Positions 28,670 to 41,678 of a stretch of DNA of 64,000 nucleotides are shown here, piece by piece (position 1 is the first letter of the stretch; every line of letters begins with the position of its first letter). The DNA comes from Spirochaetia bacterium. Its GTDB lineage: Bacteria; Spirochaetota; Spirochaetia; SZUA-6; Bin103. A program made the position numbers and the translations under genes. Location of the stretch: the NCBI GenBank assembly GCA_965198005.1, contig CBDAOI010000004.1, positions 1,216,001-1,280,000 of the forward strand. Reading direction: 5' to 3'. The notes under the pieces were generated by a model. That model was not told the DNA's origin and did no database searches. It saw only the letters and a program-made list of their open reading frames with translations.

Positions 28670-30523
28670 ATGACCTATGTCGCGTATCCTGTCGCGGGCA
28701 ACAGTGAGATGAATGTAGAGGCTGCTGCATCTACAGCGAACAGGTTGGTCGCAGTGCTTGTGATGCTCACGGTGGCCGGGGGGCTTGCCGGGGCCATCGG
28801 CGATGGTGAGGGGAGAGGCGCGGGCATGGAAAAGGAAATGGTGTTGAATCCCACCACCGGTGAGATGATCACCGCTCCCGAGTACGGCGGGACGCTCATC
28901 TACGCGCTGCAAAGCGATCCACCGCACCCGGACACGTTTTTCGGCCAGCAACCGGCGTACGTCGCAGCACTCGTGGTGGAGAAGCTGGGCATGGCCAATC
29001 TGGGCATCGACCGCAACGTGTTCGATTTCCGAACCAGCTATGTGCCCGATGAGATTGTGGTGGGCCGGCTCGCGGAGAGCTGGGAGCAGCCGGATGGAAC
29101 CACCATCGTGTTCAACGTCCGTCAGGGCGTACGCTGGCACGACAAGGCGCCGATGAACGGCCGCGAGCTCACCGCCGAGGACGTCGTGTTCAACTTCCAC
29201 CGCTATACGGGAACCGGCAGCGGCTTCACCGAGGTCCCGGAAGGGGTGGCTGCGGTGGCTCCGCCGCTCACCACGATGGGCATCGAGTCGATATCGGCCC
29301 ACGGAAACCAAGTCATATTCAAGTCGGCGTCCCCCAGTCCGCACGCTGTCAGGACGTTGCTGATCCAGAACGTTGCCTTCATCTATCCGCGCGAGGTGAT
29401 CCAGGAACACGGCCATCTGCGGAACTGGCGCAACCTGGTCGGCACGGGCCCATTCGAGCTGACCGACTGGGTGGAGGGCAGCTCGGTCACCTGGAAGAAG
29501 GCTCCCGACTACTGGAAACGGGACGAGCGGTTCGCGGACAACAAACTGCCCTACGTCGACGATCTGATCGCGCTGGTGATGCCGGAGCCGCAGACCCGGG
29601 TAGCGGCGCTGCGGTCGGCCAAGGTCGACTACGTCGGCTACTCCGGCAGCTCTCAGGTCACGCGCATCGATCAGGTGGAGAGCATCAAGCGAACCAACCC
29701 CGATATCGTGCTGCAGGCCTATTCCTATCGCTCTGAGACATCATTGATCGTCAACGCCCGCCGCGCGCCGTACAGCGACGTGCGCGTGCGCCACGCGTTG
29801 CAGATGGCACTGGACCTCGAAGGAATGGCCGAGTCTTACTTCCGGGGCTATGCCAATACGCAACCTCAGGGATTCCTGGGAGAACGCCTGATCGGCTACG
29901 TCACGCCCTACGAGGATTGGCCGGACGAGATCAAGGGCTATTATTCGTACAACCCGGAGCGGGCGGATGCACTGCTCGACGATGCCGGTTTGCCACGTGC
30001 CGACGACGGCACGCGGTTCGAGACGGAAGTGCTGATCTGGCCGGATGACGATCGCGGTTGGTACGAGCTGGTGGCCGCGTCCTGGCGGGAAGTCGGCATC
30101 GACGTAACTCTCGTGAAGCTGGATGAGGCAGCCGGGATTGCGCAAACTCAACGCTTCGACTTCGATGTCAAGTCTGCCATCTCGGCGTACGAGTGGGACC
30201 CCATCAGGCAACTCATGCACTGGGCCCAGCTCGAAGGCGCAGCGAATCCATCCGGCGCCGAAGACCCCGCGTACGACCAGATGGTAAAGGACGCGCTGGC
30301 CGCCGCCACCGTGGAAGAGCGGCAGCGGCTCTCGAGAATGGCGTCCGACCATCTGAATGAGCAACACTACGTGATCTGGGGCGCGCGCGTCCCGCACTTC
30401 AGCGCCCACTGGCCGTGGGTCAAGGGGTTCAACGGCGAGAGCGAAGCGGGCGACATGGACCGCGCCCTGCTGTTCTCGCGCATGTGGATCGATCAGGATC
30501 TGAAGCGGGAGATGGGATTCTAA
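28670..30523 (+). CDS. ABC transporter substrate-binding protein, family 5 (start uncertain)
   Basis: EKEMVLNPTTGEMITAPEYGG, LAESWE, GTGPF, DVRVRHAL, RMWIDQDLK. Confidence 0.9.
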   Translation: MTYVAYPVAGNSEMNVEAAASTANRLVAVLVMLTVAGGLAGAIGDGEGRGAGMEKEMVLNPTTGEMITAPEYGGTLIYALQSDPPHPDTFFGQQPAYVAALVVEKLGMANLGIDRNVFDFRTSYVPDEIVVGRLAESWEQPDGTTIVFNVRQGVRWHDKAPMNGRELTAEDVVFNFHRYTGTGSGFTEVPEGVAAVAPPLTTMGIESISAHGNQVIFKSASPSPHAVRTLLIQNVAFIYPREVIQEHGHLRNWRNLVGTGPFELTDWVEGSSVTWKKAPDYWKRDERFADNKLPYVDDLIALVMPEPQTRVAALRSAKVDYVGYSGSSQVTRIDQVESIKRTNPDIVLQAYSYRSETSLIVNARRAPYSDVRVRHALQMALDLEGMAESYFRGYANTQPQGFLGERLIGYVTPYEDWPDEIKGYYSYNPERADALLDDAGLPRADDGTRFETEVLIWPDDDRGWYELVAASWREVGIDVTLVKLDEAAGIAQTQRFDFDVKSAISAYEWDPIRQLMHWAQLEGAANPSGAEDPAYDQMVKDALAAATVEERQRLSRMASDHLNEQHYVIWGARVPHFSAHWPWVKGFNGESEAGDMDRALLFSRMWIDQDLKREMGF

Positions 30524-30556
30524 GGGACATCTCTTGCAAGCCAGTGGGGTCGGAAC

Positions 30557-30697
30557 CTGTCCAGCGAACCCGCGCGCCTCCACTTCGGCCTCCCCGCCGC
30601 CGCGTCCGACACGCTGACCCTCACCGTCACCTGGCCTGACGGCGCCGCCACCCGCGTCGCCGGCCGGCCCCACACCCTGGTTACGATGACGCGCTGA
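30557..30697 (+). pseudogene. C-terminal remnant resembling an ASPIC/UnbV (CRTAC1-type) domain
   Basis: LSSEPARLHFGL...LTVTWPDG...*; no start. Confidence 0.55.
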
Positions 30698-30807
30698 CTC
30701 CGTATGGTATACTGCCAGCGAATTGGTAAGACTGCACCCACACGCTCGACAGCGCGCCCCTGAGCGCGGCGTTTCGGTGGACGAAGTCTTGAGCAGGGAG
30801 GAGCGAC

Positions 30808-32391
30808 ATGACCGTGACCCATGACCCACGGCAGGACGCGGCGACTTACGGTCGCCGTGTATTGAAACCGGTCGCACACCGGAATTTCCCAGCGACGGCC
30901 GCCGTGGCCGCGCTGGTGGTGCTGGCGTTGGTGCTGGTCGCCGCGCGCGGCTTCGCCGAGCCGGTCGAGCTGACCATCGTCCACTTCAATGACCTGGACC
31001 GGATTGAGGAGAGCGGCGGGCAGGGCGGGATCGCGCGCCTGGCCGCGGTGATCAAGGCGGAACGGGCGCGTCATGACAACGTGCTGGTGACCTTCGCCGG
31101 CGACACCATCTCGCCGTCGCTGCTGTCCGGCTTCGATCAGGGCGCGCACATGATCCGGCTGTTGAACCGGCTCGACCTGACCGCCATGGCGATCGGCAAC
31201 CACGAGTACGACTTCGGCCCGGAGGTGGCCAAGCAGCGGTTCGCCGAAGCGCGCTTCCCGATTCTCGGCGCCAACAACATCGACCTCGACGGCGAGATCA
31301 TCGACGGCGCCCAAGCGTCGATCCTGGTCGACGTCGGGCGGTTCACGGTCGGGATCTTCGGTCTCACTACGCTCGGGACCACGGTCAAGTCCAGCCCCGG
31401 CGGGGTCACTTTCCGCCCCGTGGAAGAAGTCGCCGCCGAACAGTCCGCGGCCCTGCGCGCCGCCGGCGCCCACCTGGTCATCGCCCTCGCCCACACCGAC
31501 GTCGGCGAGGATTGGGCGCTGATCGAGCAAGGGGCGGTCGACCTGCTGCTCAGCGGCGACGACCACCTGCTGCGCCTCGACTACAGCGGCGACGTGCTGT
31601 TCGCGGAGTCCGCCGAGCAGGCGGACTGGGTCACCGTGATCGACCTTACGCTCGACGAGGTGGAGCGGCGCGGCGACCTGCGGTTCGAGTGGCGTCCCTC
31701 GTTTCGGATCATCGACACCGCGCGTGTCGCACCCGATCCCGAGCTGGCCGCGGCCGCGCAGGTCTATCTCGACCGGCTGTCCGCCGAGCTCGAGGTCGAG
31801 ATCGGCGTCACCGAGACCGAGCTGGACAGCCGGCGGGCCACGGTGCGCGGCGGGGAGGCCGCGATCGGCAACCTGATCGCGGACGCCATGCGCGCGGCCA
31901 CCGGCGCGGACGTGGCCTTGACCAACGGCGGCGGCATTCGCGCCAACCGGATCTATGAGCCCGGCACCATGCTGACGCGGCGCGACCTCCTGAGCGAGCT
32001 GCCGTTCGGGAACAAGACGGTGGTGTTGCGCCTTACCGGACGCGACCTCGTGACTGCGCTGGAGAACGGACTGAGCAAGATCGAGGAGGGCGCCGGCCGG
32101 TTTCCCCACCTCTCGGGTGTGCGGGTGGTGTACGATCCGGGCCGGCCGGCGGGGGAGCGGGTGCTCGAAGTGACCCGGCACGGCGTGGCGCTCGACCTCG
32201 CGGCCACCTTCCTGCTGGCCACCAACGACTACCTGGGCAACGGCGGCGACGGGTACGACGTGCTCGAGGAGCAGCCGCGGGTGGTCGACGCCTACGCCGG
32301 AACGCTGATGGCGGCCCAGGTAATCGAGTACGTCACCGCGCGCGGCGCAGTCGCGGCCGTGGTGGACGGCCGGCTGCGAACGGTCCCCTGA
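30808..32391 (+). CDS. 5'-nucleotidase / bifunctional metallophosphoesterase
   Basis: HFND, AGD, GNHEYDFG, GNLIADAMR, NGGGIR, LPFGN, TNDYL..GGDGY. Confidence 0.93.
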   Translation: MTVTHDPRQDAATYGRRVLKPVAHRNFPATAAVAALVVLALVLVAARGFAEPVELTIVHFNDLDRIEESGGQGGIARLAAVIKAERARHDNVLVTFAGDTISPSLLSGFDQGAHMIRLLNRLDLTAMAIGNHEYDFGPEVAKQRFAEARFPILGANNIDLDGEIIDGAQASILVDVGRFTVGIFGLTTLGTTVKSSPGGVTFRPVEEVAAEQSAALRAAGAHLVIALAHTDVGEDWALIEQGAVDLLLSGDDHLLRLDYSGDVLFAESAEQADWVTVIDLTLDEVERRGDLRFEWRPSFRIIDTARVAPDPELAAAAQVYLDRLSAELEVEIGVTETELDSRRATVRGGEAAIGNLIADAMRAATGADVALTNGGGIRANRIYEPGTMLTRRDLLSELPFGNKTVVLRLTGRDLVTALENGLSKIEEGAGRFPHLSGVRVVYDPGRPAGERVLEVTRHGVALDLAATFLLATNDYLGNGGDGYDVLEEQPRVVDAYAGTLMAAQVIEYVTARGAVAAVVDGRLRTVP

Positions 32392-32478
32392 ATCAGTCGG
32401 AATAGTGGCGCCGTCGGCGGGAAACCGGGTGCAGGCGGGCGCTGTTGGGCTGTTGGGAAGCACTGACGACGACGAGCA

Positions 32479-32895
32479 ATGACCTCTGAACACGTTCTGC
32501 GGGAAAAGCTGCGCAAGATAGAGGCGCTGTTCGCCGGGGCTCTGACCCAAGGCGAGAAATTTGCCGCCGGCGCTGCTGCGGACCGCATCCGCGCGCGCCT
32601 GGGTCACGCCGCCCGCCGGGAAGCGGAGATCGAGATGAAATTCTCGATCGCCGATTCGTGGTCGCGACAGTTGTTCACCGCGCTGTGCCGGCGTTACGGT
32701 CTCCGTCCGTTCCGCTATCACCGGATGCGCCAGCAGAGCCTCATGATCAAGGCGCCGGAGAGCTTCATCAATCAGGTCCTCTGGCCTGAGTTCGAACAAC
32801 TGAACGACGCGCTGAACGCCTACCTCTCCGAGGTGACCGCCAGGGTCATTCGAGAGGAAGTGTACGGCGAAACCAGCGACGCGGAGGAGATCTGA
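32479..32895 (+). CDS. Conserved hypothetical protein
   Basis: 138 aa EKLRKIEALF..A.T.GE..AA; WSRQLFTALCRRYGLRPFRY; coding-like composition. Confidence 0.75.
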   Translation: MTSEHVLREKLRKIEALFAGALTQGEKFAAGAAADRIRARLGHAARREAEIEMKFSIADSWSRQLFTALCRRYGLRPFRYHRMRQQSLMIKAPESFINQVLWPEFEQLNDALNAYLSEVTARVIREEVYGETSDAEEI

Positions 32896-32926
32896 CGAAC
32901 CCGACCGATCGAGAGAACGTACGCCG

Positions 32927-34612
32927 ATGACCGAACACAACCTGTTGGTGTTTCTGGTGCAGGTGCTGGTGCTGCTGGTGCTGGCGCGCAGCGCCGGCGA
33001 GGTGCTGCGCCACTTCGGCCAGGCGCCGATCGTGGGCGAGATCCTGGTGGGCGTGCTGCTCGGTCCGACGCTGCTGGGACGGGCGTTTCCGGAGCTGCAC
33101 GCGATGCTGTTCCCGCCGGATGCGGTGCAGCGCAGCATGCTGGACGTCGTGTCCTGGTTCGGCGTCCTGTTCCTGCTGCTGGAGACCGGCCTGCACGTGG
33201 ACGTGAGCGCGGCCTGGCGGGCGCGCGGTCCGGCGTTGCGCATCGGCATCATCGGCGTGCTGGTGCCCCTGCTGCTGGGGTCGGCGCTCTCCTTCCTGCT
33301 GCCCGACCGGGTGCTGGCGAACCCCGACCAGCGCTTCATCTTCGCCCTGTTCCTGGGCACCACCATGGCGATCAGCGCGATGGTGATCATCGCGCGCGTG
33401 CTGCACGACCTCGACCTGGTGAAGAGCGACCTGGGCCTGGTGACCCTGTGCGGCTACGCGGTCAACGACGTCCTGGCCTGGGTGGTGTTCAGCGTGGTGC
33501 TGGGGGTGGCCACCAGCGCGGCGGTCAACCTCGGGTCGATCGCCTTTCTGCTGCTGTTCGCGCTCGCCTTCACCGCGCTGTCGCTGACGCTCGGCCTGCG
33601 GCTGGTGGACGCCGTGGTGGCGCGGCTCCGATCGCGCACGGAGCAGCGGCCCGGCGCGGTGCTTACCTTCGTGTGCTGCCTGGGGCTGGGGTGCGGGGCG
33701 CTGACCCAGTGGGTCGGGCTCACGGCGCTGTTCGGGTTCTTTCTGGCCGGCATCATGGCCGGCGAGGCGCGCCACCTTACTGAACGGACGCGCGAGATCA
33801 TCGGGCAGATGGTGCATTCGATCTTCGTGCCGCTCTACTTCGCCGGTCTCGCGCTGCACCTGGACTTCGTCGCCAACTTCGACCTCGGCCTGGTGGCGTT
33901 CGTCACCGTGGTGTCGATCGTCGCCAAGTTCCTCGGCGCCTGGCTGGGCGCCCTCGGGCGCGACATCTCCGCCCAGGACCGGATGTCGATCGGGATCGCC
34001 TTCACGCCGAGCGGGGTCACCGGCATCGTGGTGGCCGGGGTGGCGCTCGAGTATCAGATCATCTCCACGCCGATCTTCGTCGCCATCGTGTGCTCGGCGG
34101 TGGTCTCGGCGCTGCTGGTCGCGCCGTGGCTCTCCTGGTCGATCCGGCGGCGGAAACCGATTGATCTGGCCAGGATCCTGTCGCTCGACTCCACCCTGGC
34201 GGAGCTGCAAGGGGGCGACCGGTTCGCGGCGATCCGGGAGCTGTGCCGGGCCGCGGCGCCGGCCGCGCGCCTGCCGGTGGAGCAGGTCACGGCCGCGGTC
34301 GACGAGCGGGAACGGCTGATGGGGACCGGCATCGGCAACGGCGTGGCGGTGCCGCACGCCCGCCTCGAAGCGCTGCGCCGGCCGGTGATGGCCTTCGGGC
34401 GCGCGCCGGCGGGGCTGGCCTGGGATGCGCCGGACGGCGAACCGGTGCGGTTCGTGTTCCTGGTGCTGACCCCGGCGCGCCAGGAGGGGCTCCAGCTTCA
34501 GATCCTGGCGGCGATCGGCCGTACCATGAGCGGCGACGGGGAGGGGCGGCTGGCGGCCGCGTCCGACGCGCGCGCTCTGCACGAGCGGCTGGCGGCTTCG
34601 TTGCGCCCGTAG
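32927..34612 (+). CDS. Cation:proton antiporter (CPA2/KefB-like) fused to a PTS EIIA domain
   Basis: [31 protein letters not shown]-terminal [19 protein letters not shown]. Confidence 0.9.
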   Translation: MTEHNLLVFLVQVLVLLVLARSAGEVLRHFGQAPIVGEILVGVLLGPTLLGRAFPELHAMLFPPDAVQRSMLDVVSWFGVLFLLLETGLHVDVSAAWRARGPALRIGIIGVLVPLLLGSALSFLLPDRVLANPDQRFIFALFLGTTMAISAMVIIARVLHDLDLVKSDLGLVTLCGYAVNDVLAWVVFSVVLGVATSAAVNLGSIAFLLLFALAFTALSLTLGLRLVDAVVARLRSRTEQRPGAVLTFVCCLGLGCGALTQWVGLTALFGFFLAGIMAGEARHLTERTREIIGQMVHSIFVPLYFAGLALHLDFVANFDLGLVAFVTVVSIVAKFLGAWLGALGRDISAQDRMSIGIAFTPSGVTGIVVAGVALEYQIISTPIFVAIVCSAVVSALLVAPWLSWSIRRRKPIDLARILSLDSTLAELQGGDRFAAIRELCRAAAPAARLPVEQVTAAVDERERLMGTGIGNGVAVPHARLEALRRPVMAFGRAPAGLAWDAPDGEPVRFVFLVLTPARQEGLQLQILAAIGRTMSGDGEGRLAAASDARALHERLAASLRP

Positions 34613-34632
34613 GCGCGTTGCGTACCGGCTGC

Positions 34633-36567
<1,935 letters not shown>

Positions 36568-36684
36568 GTTGCTGCGCGGCATGCGCGCGCAGCCCCCGCA
36601 GCCCACGCCGGTGCCGCCCGGTGCCGGCGGCCGGCACCGGGCGCGCGTTGACCGCCGCCCGCCACGATCCCTAACATTGCGCCC

Positions 36685-37614
36685 ATGAAGTTGTTCTACG
36701 CATTTCGCGGGCGCTCGTTCTATCCGTTTCATCACCAGCTACCGTTTCCGGTCTACGTCCCGCCGCCGGAGGTCAGGAGCGCGTGGCTGAGCAAGGTACG
36801 GAGCCTCGGCTTCGAGGCGCTGGAGCTCGGGCTCGACGATCTGGCCGGGAACAGCGACGCCAAAGTCGACGATCTGGGCAAGGAGCTGCGCGACGCCGGC
36901 CTGCCCTGCATCGGCATCCGGGGCGGCGGCGGCCTGCACCATCCGCGGGTGGGAAAGCACAACCGCGCCAGCCTCGAAAACGGCGTGGACCTGGCGGCGC
37001 GGATCGGGGCCAAGGTAGTGAATACTCTGGTCGGCGCGCCGACGGTGCCCGACCTGCCCGGCGCGGGTGACGGCTGGGCCGAGCCGGTCTCACAGTGCTC
37101 CAGCCGGGCGGCGAGCGAGGCGGACTACCGGATCAACGCGGAGGGGATCGCCGCGGTGGCGGACCGGGCGGCCGACCTCGGCGTATCGATCAGCATCGAG
37201 GTGCATCACCACACCATTTGCGACAACAGTTGGTCGACCATTCACCTGCTCGAGCTGATCGGCCGGCCCAACGTCGGCGCCAACCCGGATCTGGGCAACA
37301 TCTACTGGGCCTACGAGGAGCCGGAGGAGACCAGCGAGGAGGCGATTCTGGCCCTGGCCCCGCACGCCAACTACTGGCACATGAAAAACCTGCTGCGATT
37401 CCACCTGCCCGAGTTGCGGCGCGCCCTGTACGTCCGCCGCCCGCTCCCGGACGGCGAGATCAACTACCGGTTCGCGGTGGCGGCGATGCTCGACGCGGGC
37501 TACGACGGGTACGCCGGGGTCGAGGGCATGACGGTCGGCGACCAGCTCACCGACGACGGGCGGAGCTGCGAGCGGATCAAGAGCCTGATCGCTGAACTCA
37601 AGGCCGGCCGGTAG
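36685..37614 (+). CDS. Sugar phosphate isomerase/epimerase (TIM barrel)
   Basis: SIEVH, NPDLGN, HMKN, GYDG...EG; TTGACC-18 nt-TAACAT ends 7 nt before the ATG. Confidence 0.88.
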   Translation: MKLFYAFRGRSFYPFHHQLPFPVYVPPPEVRSAWLSKVRSLGFEALELGLDDLAGNSDAKVDDLGKELRDAGLPCIGIRGGGGLHHPRVGKHNRASLENGVDLAARIGAKVVNTLVGAPTVPDLPGAGDGWAEPVSQCSSRAASEADYRINAEGIAAVADRAADLGVSISIEVHHHTICDNSWSTIHLLELIGRPNVGANPDLGNIYWAYEEPEETSEEAILALAPHANYWHMKNLLRFHLPELRRALYVRRPLPDGEINYRFAVAAMLDAGYDGYAGVEGMTVGDQLTDDGRSCERIKSLIAELKAGR

Positions 37615-37766
37615 CGCGCGGACGCCGGCGGCGCAGCCCCACCGGCTCGCGGCGGCGGCCGCGGGTCTCGGCTGACGACAACCGACAGACGGCGACAAAA
37701 CGTCGAGAAAACCATAGTCCCGCCGAGACGCTGGCAGCGACGGTGTGTATACTAAGCGACTCAGCC

Positions 37767-38798
37767 ATGGCTCAACTCACGGACAGCGGGCCGGCGTTAC
37801 GGTTGTTTGAACGGCCGGTGGTCGAGGCGGTGGCGATCCTCACGGAACACTACCTGTCGATGGGACGCGAGGCGATACATCGCGTTGGTCGTCCCGGCGA
37901 TACCGAGGCGCTGCATGATTTTCGGGTGGCCCTGCGCCGCTGTCGCGTGTTGCTGCGCGCCTACCGGCCCTGGTTGGGCAAGGCGGCCGGCAAGCGCATG
38001 CGCGGCGGGCTGGGCCGGCTGATGCGGGCCACCAGCGCCGGGCGCGATACGGAGGTGCAGATCGTCTGGCTGGAGGCGCGGCGGCCGGAGTTGCGCGGGA
38101 GTGAACGCACCGGTCTCAACTATCTGTTGGAACGGCTGCAACGGCGCCGGCAAGCCGGGCACGCGGCCGCGGCGGCGGTGCGCACGCGGTTCGAGCGGCT
38201 CGACATGACCTTGGGCGCCCGGCTGGCGCACGTGCCGCCGGTCACGTTGCCGTTCGGCCGCGCGTTCGCGACCCGTCTTGGCAAGGAAGCGACGGTCACG
38301 GCCGCACGGCTGGCCACGATCACCAACACTGCGCACGGCGAACTGCTGCACGACGCGCGGCTGGCGGTGAAGCGGCTGCGGTATCTGGTGGAACCGTTGA
38401 CCGATGACCTGCCGGACGGCACCTGGATCGTGGCGGCGCTCAAGCGGGCCCAGGACGTGATCGGCGAGCTGAACGACTCGCGCCTGCTGGCCAGGACGGT
38501 GGACCGGGCGCTGGTGCGGGCGTCCGAGGAGCACACGGCGCGGCTGCGCGAGCTGGCGATTGCCGGGCGCGAGGAAGAGCTGGCGAACGCGCGCCGGCGC
38601 GACGAACGGTTCGGGCTGATTCGGATCGTGCGGCTGCTGTACGTGCGCCGCGGCGAGTTGCTCGACCAACTGCGCCGGCAGCACCTGATCGAGGCGTCCG
38701 CCGTGTGCGCCTCGCTGCAGCGCGAAGCGACCACGCTCGCCGGCCAAGCCGGGGGCGGCGAGATCACCTTCGCCCCCGAGCAGCAGAAGTCGAGCTGA
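37767..38798 (+). CDS. CHAD-domain protein (polyphosphate-binding family)
   Basis: EALHDFRVALRR.R, RDTEV, LHDARLAVKRLRY..E, QDVIGELND. Confidence 0.9.
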   Translation: MAQLTDSGPALRLFERPVVEAVAILTEHYLSMGREAIHRVGRPGDTEALHDFRVALRRCRVLLRAYRPWLGKAAGKRMRGGLGRLMRATSAGRDTEVQIVWLEARRPELRGSERTGLNYLLERLQRRRQAGHAAAAAVRTRFERLDMTLGARLAHVPPVTLPFGRAFATRLGKEATVTAARLATITNTAHGELLHDARLAVKRLRYLVEPLTDDLPDGTWIVAALKRAQDVIGELNDSRLLARTVDRALVRASEEHTARLRELAIAGREEELANARRRDERFGLIRIVRLLYVRRGELLDQLRRQHLIEASAVCASLQREATTLAGQAGGGEITFAPEQQKSS

Positions 38799-38908
38799 GT
38801 CGCGTACCCGGGGACAGGCTGACACCGCCGGGCAGCGCAGGGGCGGGGGGCTTGCATCGTTCGCGCCGGCGCCCCATCCTTGTGCCCTGTGCAAGGAGGA
38901 TTGATCGA

Positions 38909-40087
38909 ATGCCCAGCAAGACTCGGATTCTGACCGCCGCCCTCGCGGCGTTCGCGTTGTGTGCCGCGGCCCTGGCCGCGGAGCCGATCAGGATCGGCGT
39001 GCTGCTCCCGTCATCCGGCGTCTACGCCGGACTCGGCAGTGACCAGACCGTCGCCCTGAAGCTGGGCTTCGACGTGTTCGGGCGCGAGGTGGCGGGCCGG
39101 CCGATCGAGCTGATTCACGCCGACACGGAGTCGCGGCCCAACACCGGCTTGGCGCAGATCAAGAAACTGGTGCTGCGGGACCGGGTGGACATCGTGGTCG
39201 GCATCATCTCCTCCGCCGTCGCCGGGGCGGTGCGCGACTTCGTGCACAACGCCCAGGTGCCGCTCATCATCTCCAACGCCGGCAACAACGACATCACCGG
39301 CCAACGCTGCAGCCCGTGGATCCTGCGCACCTCGTTCTCCAACTCCCAGATCAGCCGGGAGATGGGGCCGTGGATGGCGGCTCGGGGGTTCGAGAACGTG
39401 TTTCTCATGGCCTTCGACTACGCCGCCGGGCACCAGGCGATGGAGGCGTTCCGCGGCGGCTTCGTCGGCGCCGGCGGCACCATCGTCGGCGAGGAGTATC
39501 CGCCGCTGGGCGAGACCGAGGACTTCGGTCCCTATCTGGCCAAGGTCAAGGCCGTCGGCCCGGACGCGGTGTACGTGTTCTTCGCCGGCGGCCCCGCCAT
39601 CAAGTTCGTCAAGGAGTGGGCGGCGTTCGGCCTGCAGGGCGCGGTGCAGCTCGCCGGCGCGGGCTGGCTCAACTCGGCGCTGTACATCAACGCGCAGGGG
39701 ATGGACGCGGAGGGCGCGCTCGGCATCCTCAACTACGTGCCGTCGATCGACACCCTCGAGAATCACGCCTTTCAGGAACGGTTCCAGGCGGCGCACGGCC
39801 GCGCCGGATCCGAGTTCGGCGTCGCCGCCTTCGACAGTGCCCGGCTCATCGTCGAAGCGCTGCAGTCGACCGGGGGCAACACCGAGGACCGGGCGGCGCT
39901 GGTCGAGGCGCTGCGGACCACCCGCTTCGACGGCCCGCGCGGCCCCTTCCGGATCGACCCCAAGACCAACAACGTGATCCAGAACGTCTACATCTTCGAG
40001 GTCCAGGCCCAGGGCGACGGCGTGGCGGCCGTGGTGCAGGACGTGGTCCCCAACGTCCAGGACCCGCCCAACGGCTGCACGCTGTAG
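38909..40087 (+). CDS. Branched-chain amino acid-type ABC substrate-binding protein (LivK-like)
   Basis: AGGAGG RBS, signal peptide, IRIGVLLPSSGVYAGLG, DYAAG, GPRG. Confidence 0.92.
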   Translation: MPSKTRILTAALAAFALCAAALAAEPIRIGVLLPSSGVYAGLGSDQTVALKLGFDVFGREVAGRPIELIHADTESRPNTGLAQIKKLVLRDRVDIVVGIISSAVAGAVRDFVHNAQVPLIISNAGNNDITGQRCSPWILRTSFSNSQISREMGPWMAARGFENVFLMAFDYAAGHQAMEAFRGGFVGAGGTIVGEEYPPLGETEDFGPYLAKVKAVGPDAVYVFFAGGPAIKFVKEWAAFGLQGAVQLAGAGWLNSALYINAQGMDAEGALGILNYVPSIDTLENHAFQERFQAAHGRAGSEFGVAAFDSARLIVEALQSTGGNTEDRAALVEALRTTRFDGPRGPFRIDPKTNNVIQNVYIFEVQAQGDGVAAVVQDVVPNVQDPPNGCTL

Positions 40088-40145
40088 CGGGCCGCAACCG
40101 GCGGCGCGGGGCGGCGGCGAATGGCGGCGGCGAAGGGACGCGCGT

Positions 40146-41354
40146 TCAGGCGTCCTGCGCCTGTCGCCGGATGAAGCGGCCGAGCAGCGGCACGGCGAAC
40201 GAATACCTGCCGTGCCGGTTCTTGTACACCAGTCCCTGGGCCGCGAGGGCGACGAGCATCTGGTTGACGTGGCTGCTGCTGAACGGTTTGTCCAGGACGC
40301 GCCTCGAGGCCGCGACCACTTCCTGCACCGTGAATTGGTCGTCGCAGTGGTCGAGTCTCGAGATTGCCGACAGCAGCTCCCGTTGGCGGTCGGTCGGGCG
40401 CGCCCAGCGTCCCGCGAAGAAGTCGGTGTCCAGTTTCTGCTCGATCTCCACGACCGGGACCGAGGCCGGCCTCGCTCCATCGAGCCGTTGCAGGAACGCG
40501 TCGTACACCTCGCGGCAAATGAACTGGATGAAGTACGGATAGCCGCCGGACATGGCGACGATGGTTGCGACCGCGTCATCGTCAAGCTCCAGCGGGCACT
40601 CGGCATCCGCGATCGGCCGGCGAATGGCGGCCTCGCTTTCGCTGCGGTCGAGGCTCTGCAGGAACAGGACGCGAAACATCCGTTCCGAAAAGGTCCTGGC
40701 CTCCACCAGCTTGGGGAACAACGTCGGCAGCCCGGTGAGAACCAGCATCACGGGAAGCCCCTTCCTTTGCAGTGACTGAAAGCAGTCGAGCAGCAGCGAC
40801 AGCGGATAGTGTTCCTTCGCCGACTGATCGGCAAGGTTCTGCGCCTCGTCGTAGGCGACGATGATCCCCCGTATCCGGTGATGCTGCGATAACGCCCGCC
40901 AGGCGATCTCGAGCACCGTCTTGAGCTTGTCCAGCGGCAGTCCCGGCACGCCGTGGTAGAGATCGATCAGCGCCTGGTAGCCCAGCGTATGCCGGATTTC
41001 CTCGGTGCCGAGGTCGAACCCGACGCGGCGCACCCGCTCGGTTTCCACCACCACGCCCGACGTGATCGGCGCCAAGTCCGTGCACAGCCGGATCACCAGG
41101 CGGTCTTCGCTCACGCTCGCCGACTCCGACAGGTCCGTGCCCACCCATACCCATCCGAGCTCCATCGCCAGCGGCCTGAACGAGTCGAGCAGCACCGTCT
41201 TGCCGACGCCGCGCAGCCCGGTCAGGACCAGGTTCTCCAGAATCGTGGTCTGCCCGAGCAGCCGGCGGAACTCCTCGCGCTCCGCCCGGCGTCCCGCCAG
41301 ATACGGCGGAGCGTGCCCCGCCCCGGGACGAAACGGGTTTGCGAACTGCGCCAT
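40146..41354 (-). CDS. AAA+/STAND-like ATPase with C-terminal winged helix
   Basis: NPFRPGAG..PPYLAGR, GLRGVGKTVLL, YDEAQ, SGGYPYFIQ. Confidence 0.88.
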   Translation of the reverse strand: MAQFANPFRPGAGHAPPYLAGRRAEREEFRRLLGQTTILENLVLTGLRGVGKTVLLDSFRPLAMELGWVWVGTDLSESASVSEDRLVIRLCTDLAPITSGVVVETERVRRVGFDLGTEEIRHTLGYQALIDLYHGVPGLPLDKLKTVLEIAWRALSQHHRIRGIIVAYDEAQNLADQSAKEHYPLSLLLDCFQSLQRKGLPVMLVLTGLPTLFPKLVEARTFSERMFRVLFLQSLDRSESEAAIRRPIADAECPLELDDDAVATIVAMSGGYPYFIQFICREVYDAFLQRLDGARPASVPVVEIEQKLDTDFFAGRWARPTDRQRELLSAISRLDHCDDQFTVQEVVAASRRVLDKPFSSSHVNQMLVALAAQGLVYKNRHGRYSFAVPLLGRFIRRQAQDA

Positions 41355-41431
41355 GTCGATGCTTAGCCCTCCAAAGGGTCAAAGATAAATTTAGTTGTTG
41401 AAATTAATTTAGTCAATAGAAATTGACATTC

Positions 41432-41598
41432 GAGAAAACGAGGACGCCTGAGTGGTACGACTCTACGCGAATGAGAACTTCCCGATTCACCTTCGACCCG
41501 GACCAAAACTCGAGCGCTACTTCGGGCTCTCCAGCTCGCTGATTGAACGGCTCCTTGACGAACAATTCACCGCAGTCGCTGCCGGCCGGCTGGGCTGA
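41432..41598 (+). pseudogene. Remnant of a DUF433-DUF5615(PIN) pair
   Basis: ...ENEDA* followed by GTG 41452 VVRLYANENFP, after which homology ends. Confidence 0.5.
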
Positions 41599-41678
41599 CG
41601 AAGATGCGTTACCAAGCGCGGCCAGTGTATGATGGCGAATCGCCTGCGCCGTACACGATAGCTGAAGGAGGGCAACTC

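Noticed and set aside
30520-33390. 956-aa minus-strand ORF and other long antisense ORFs (e.g. 34498-36735, 24125-25909, 62030-63955, 54382-55884)
   Set aside because: Shadow frames of well-supported opposite-strand genes in high-GC DNA; no recognisable motifs.
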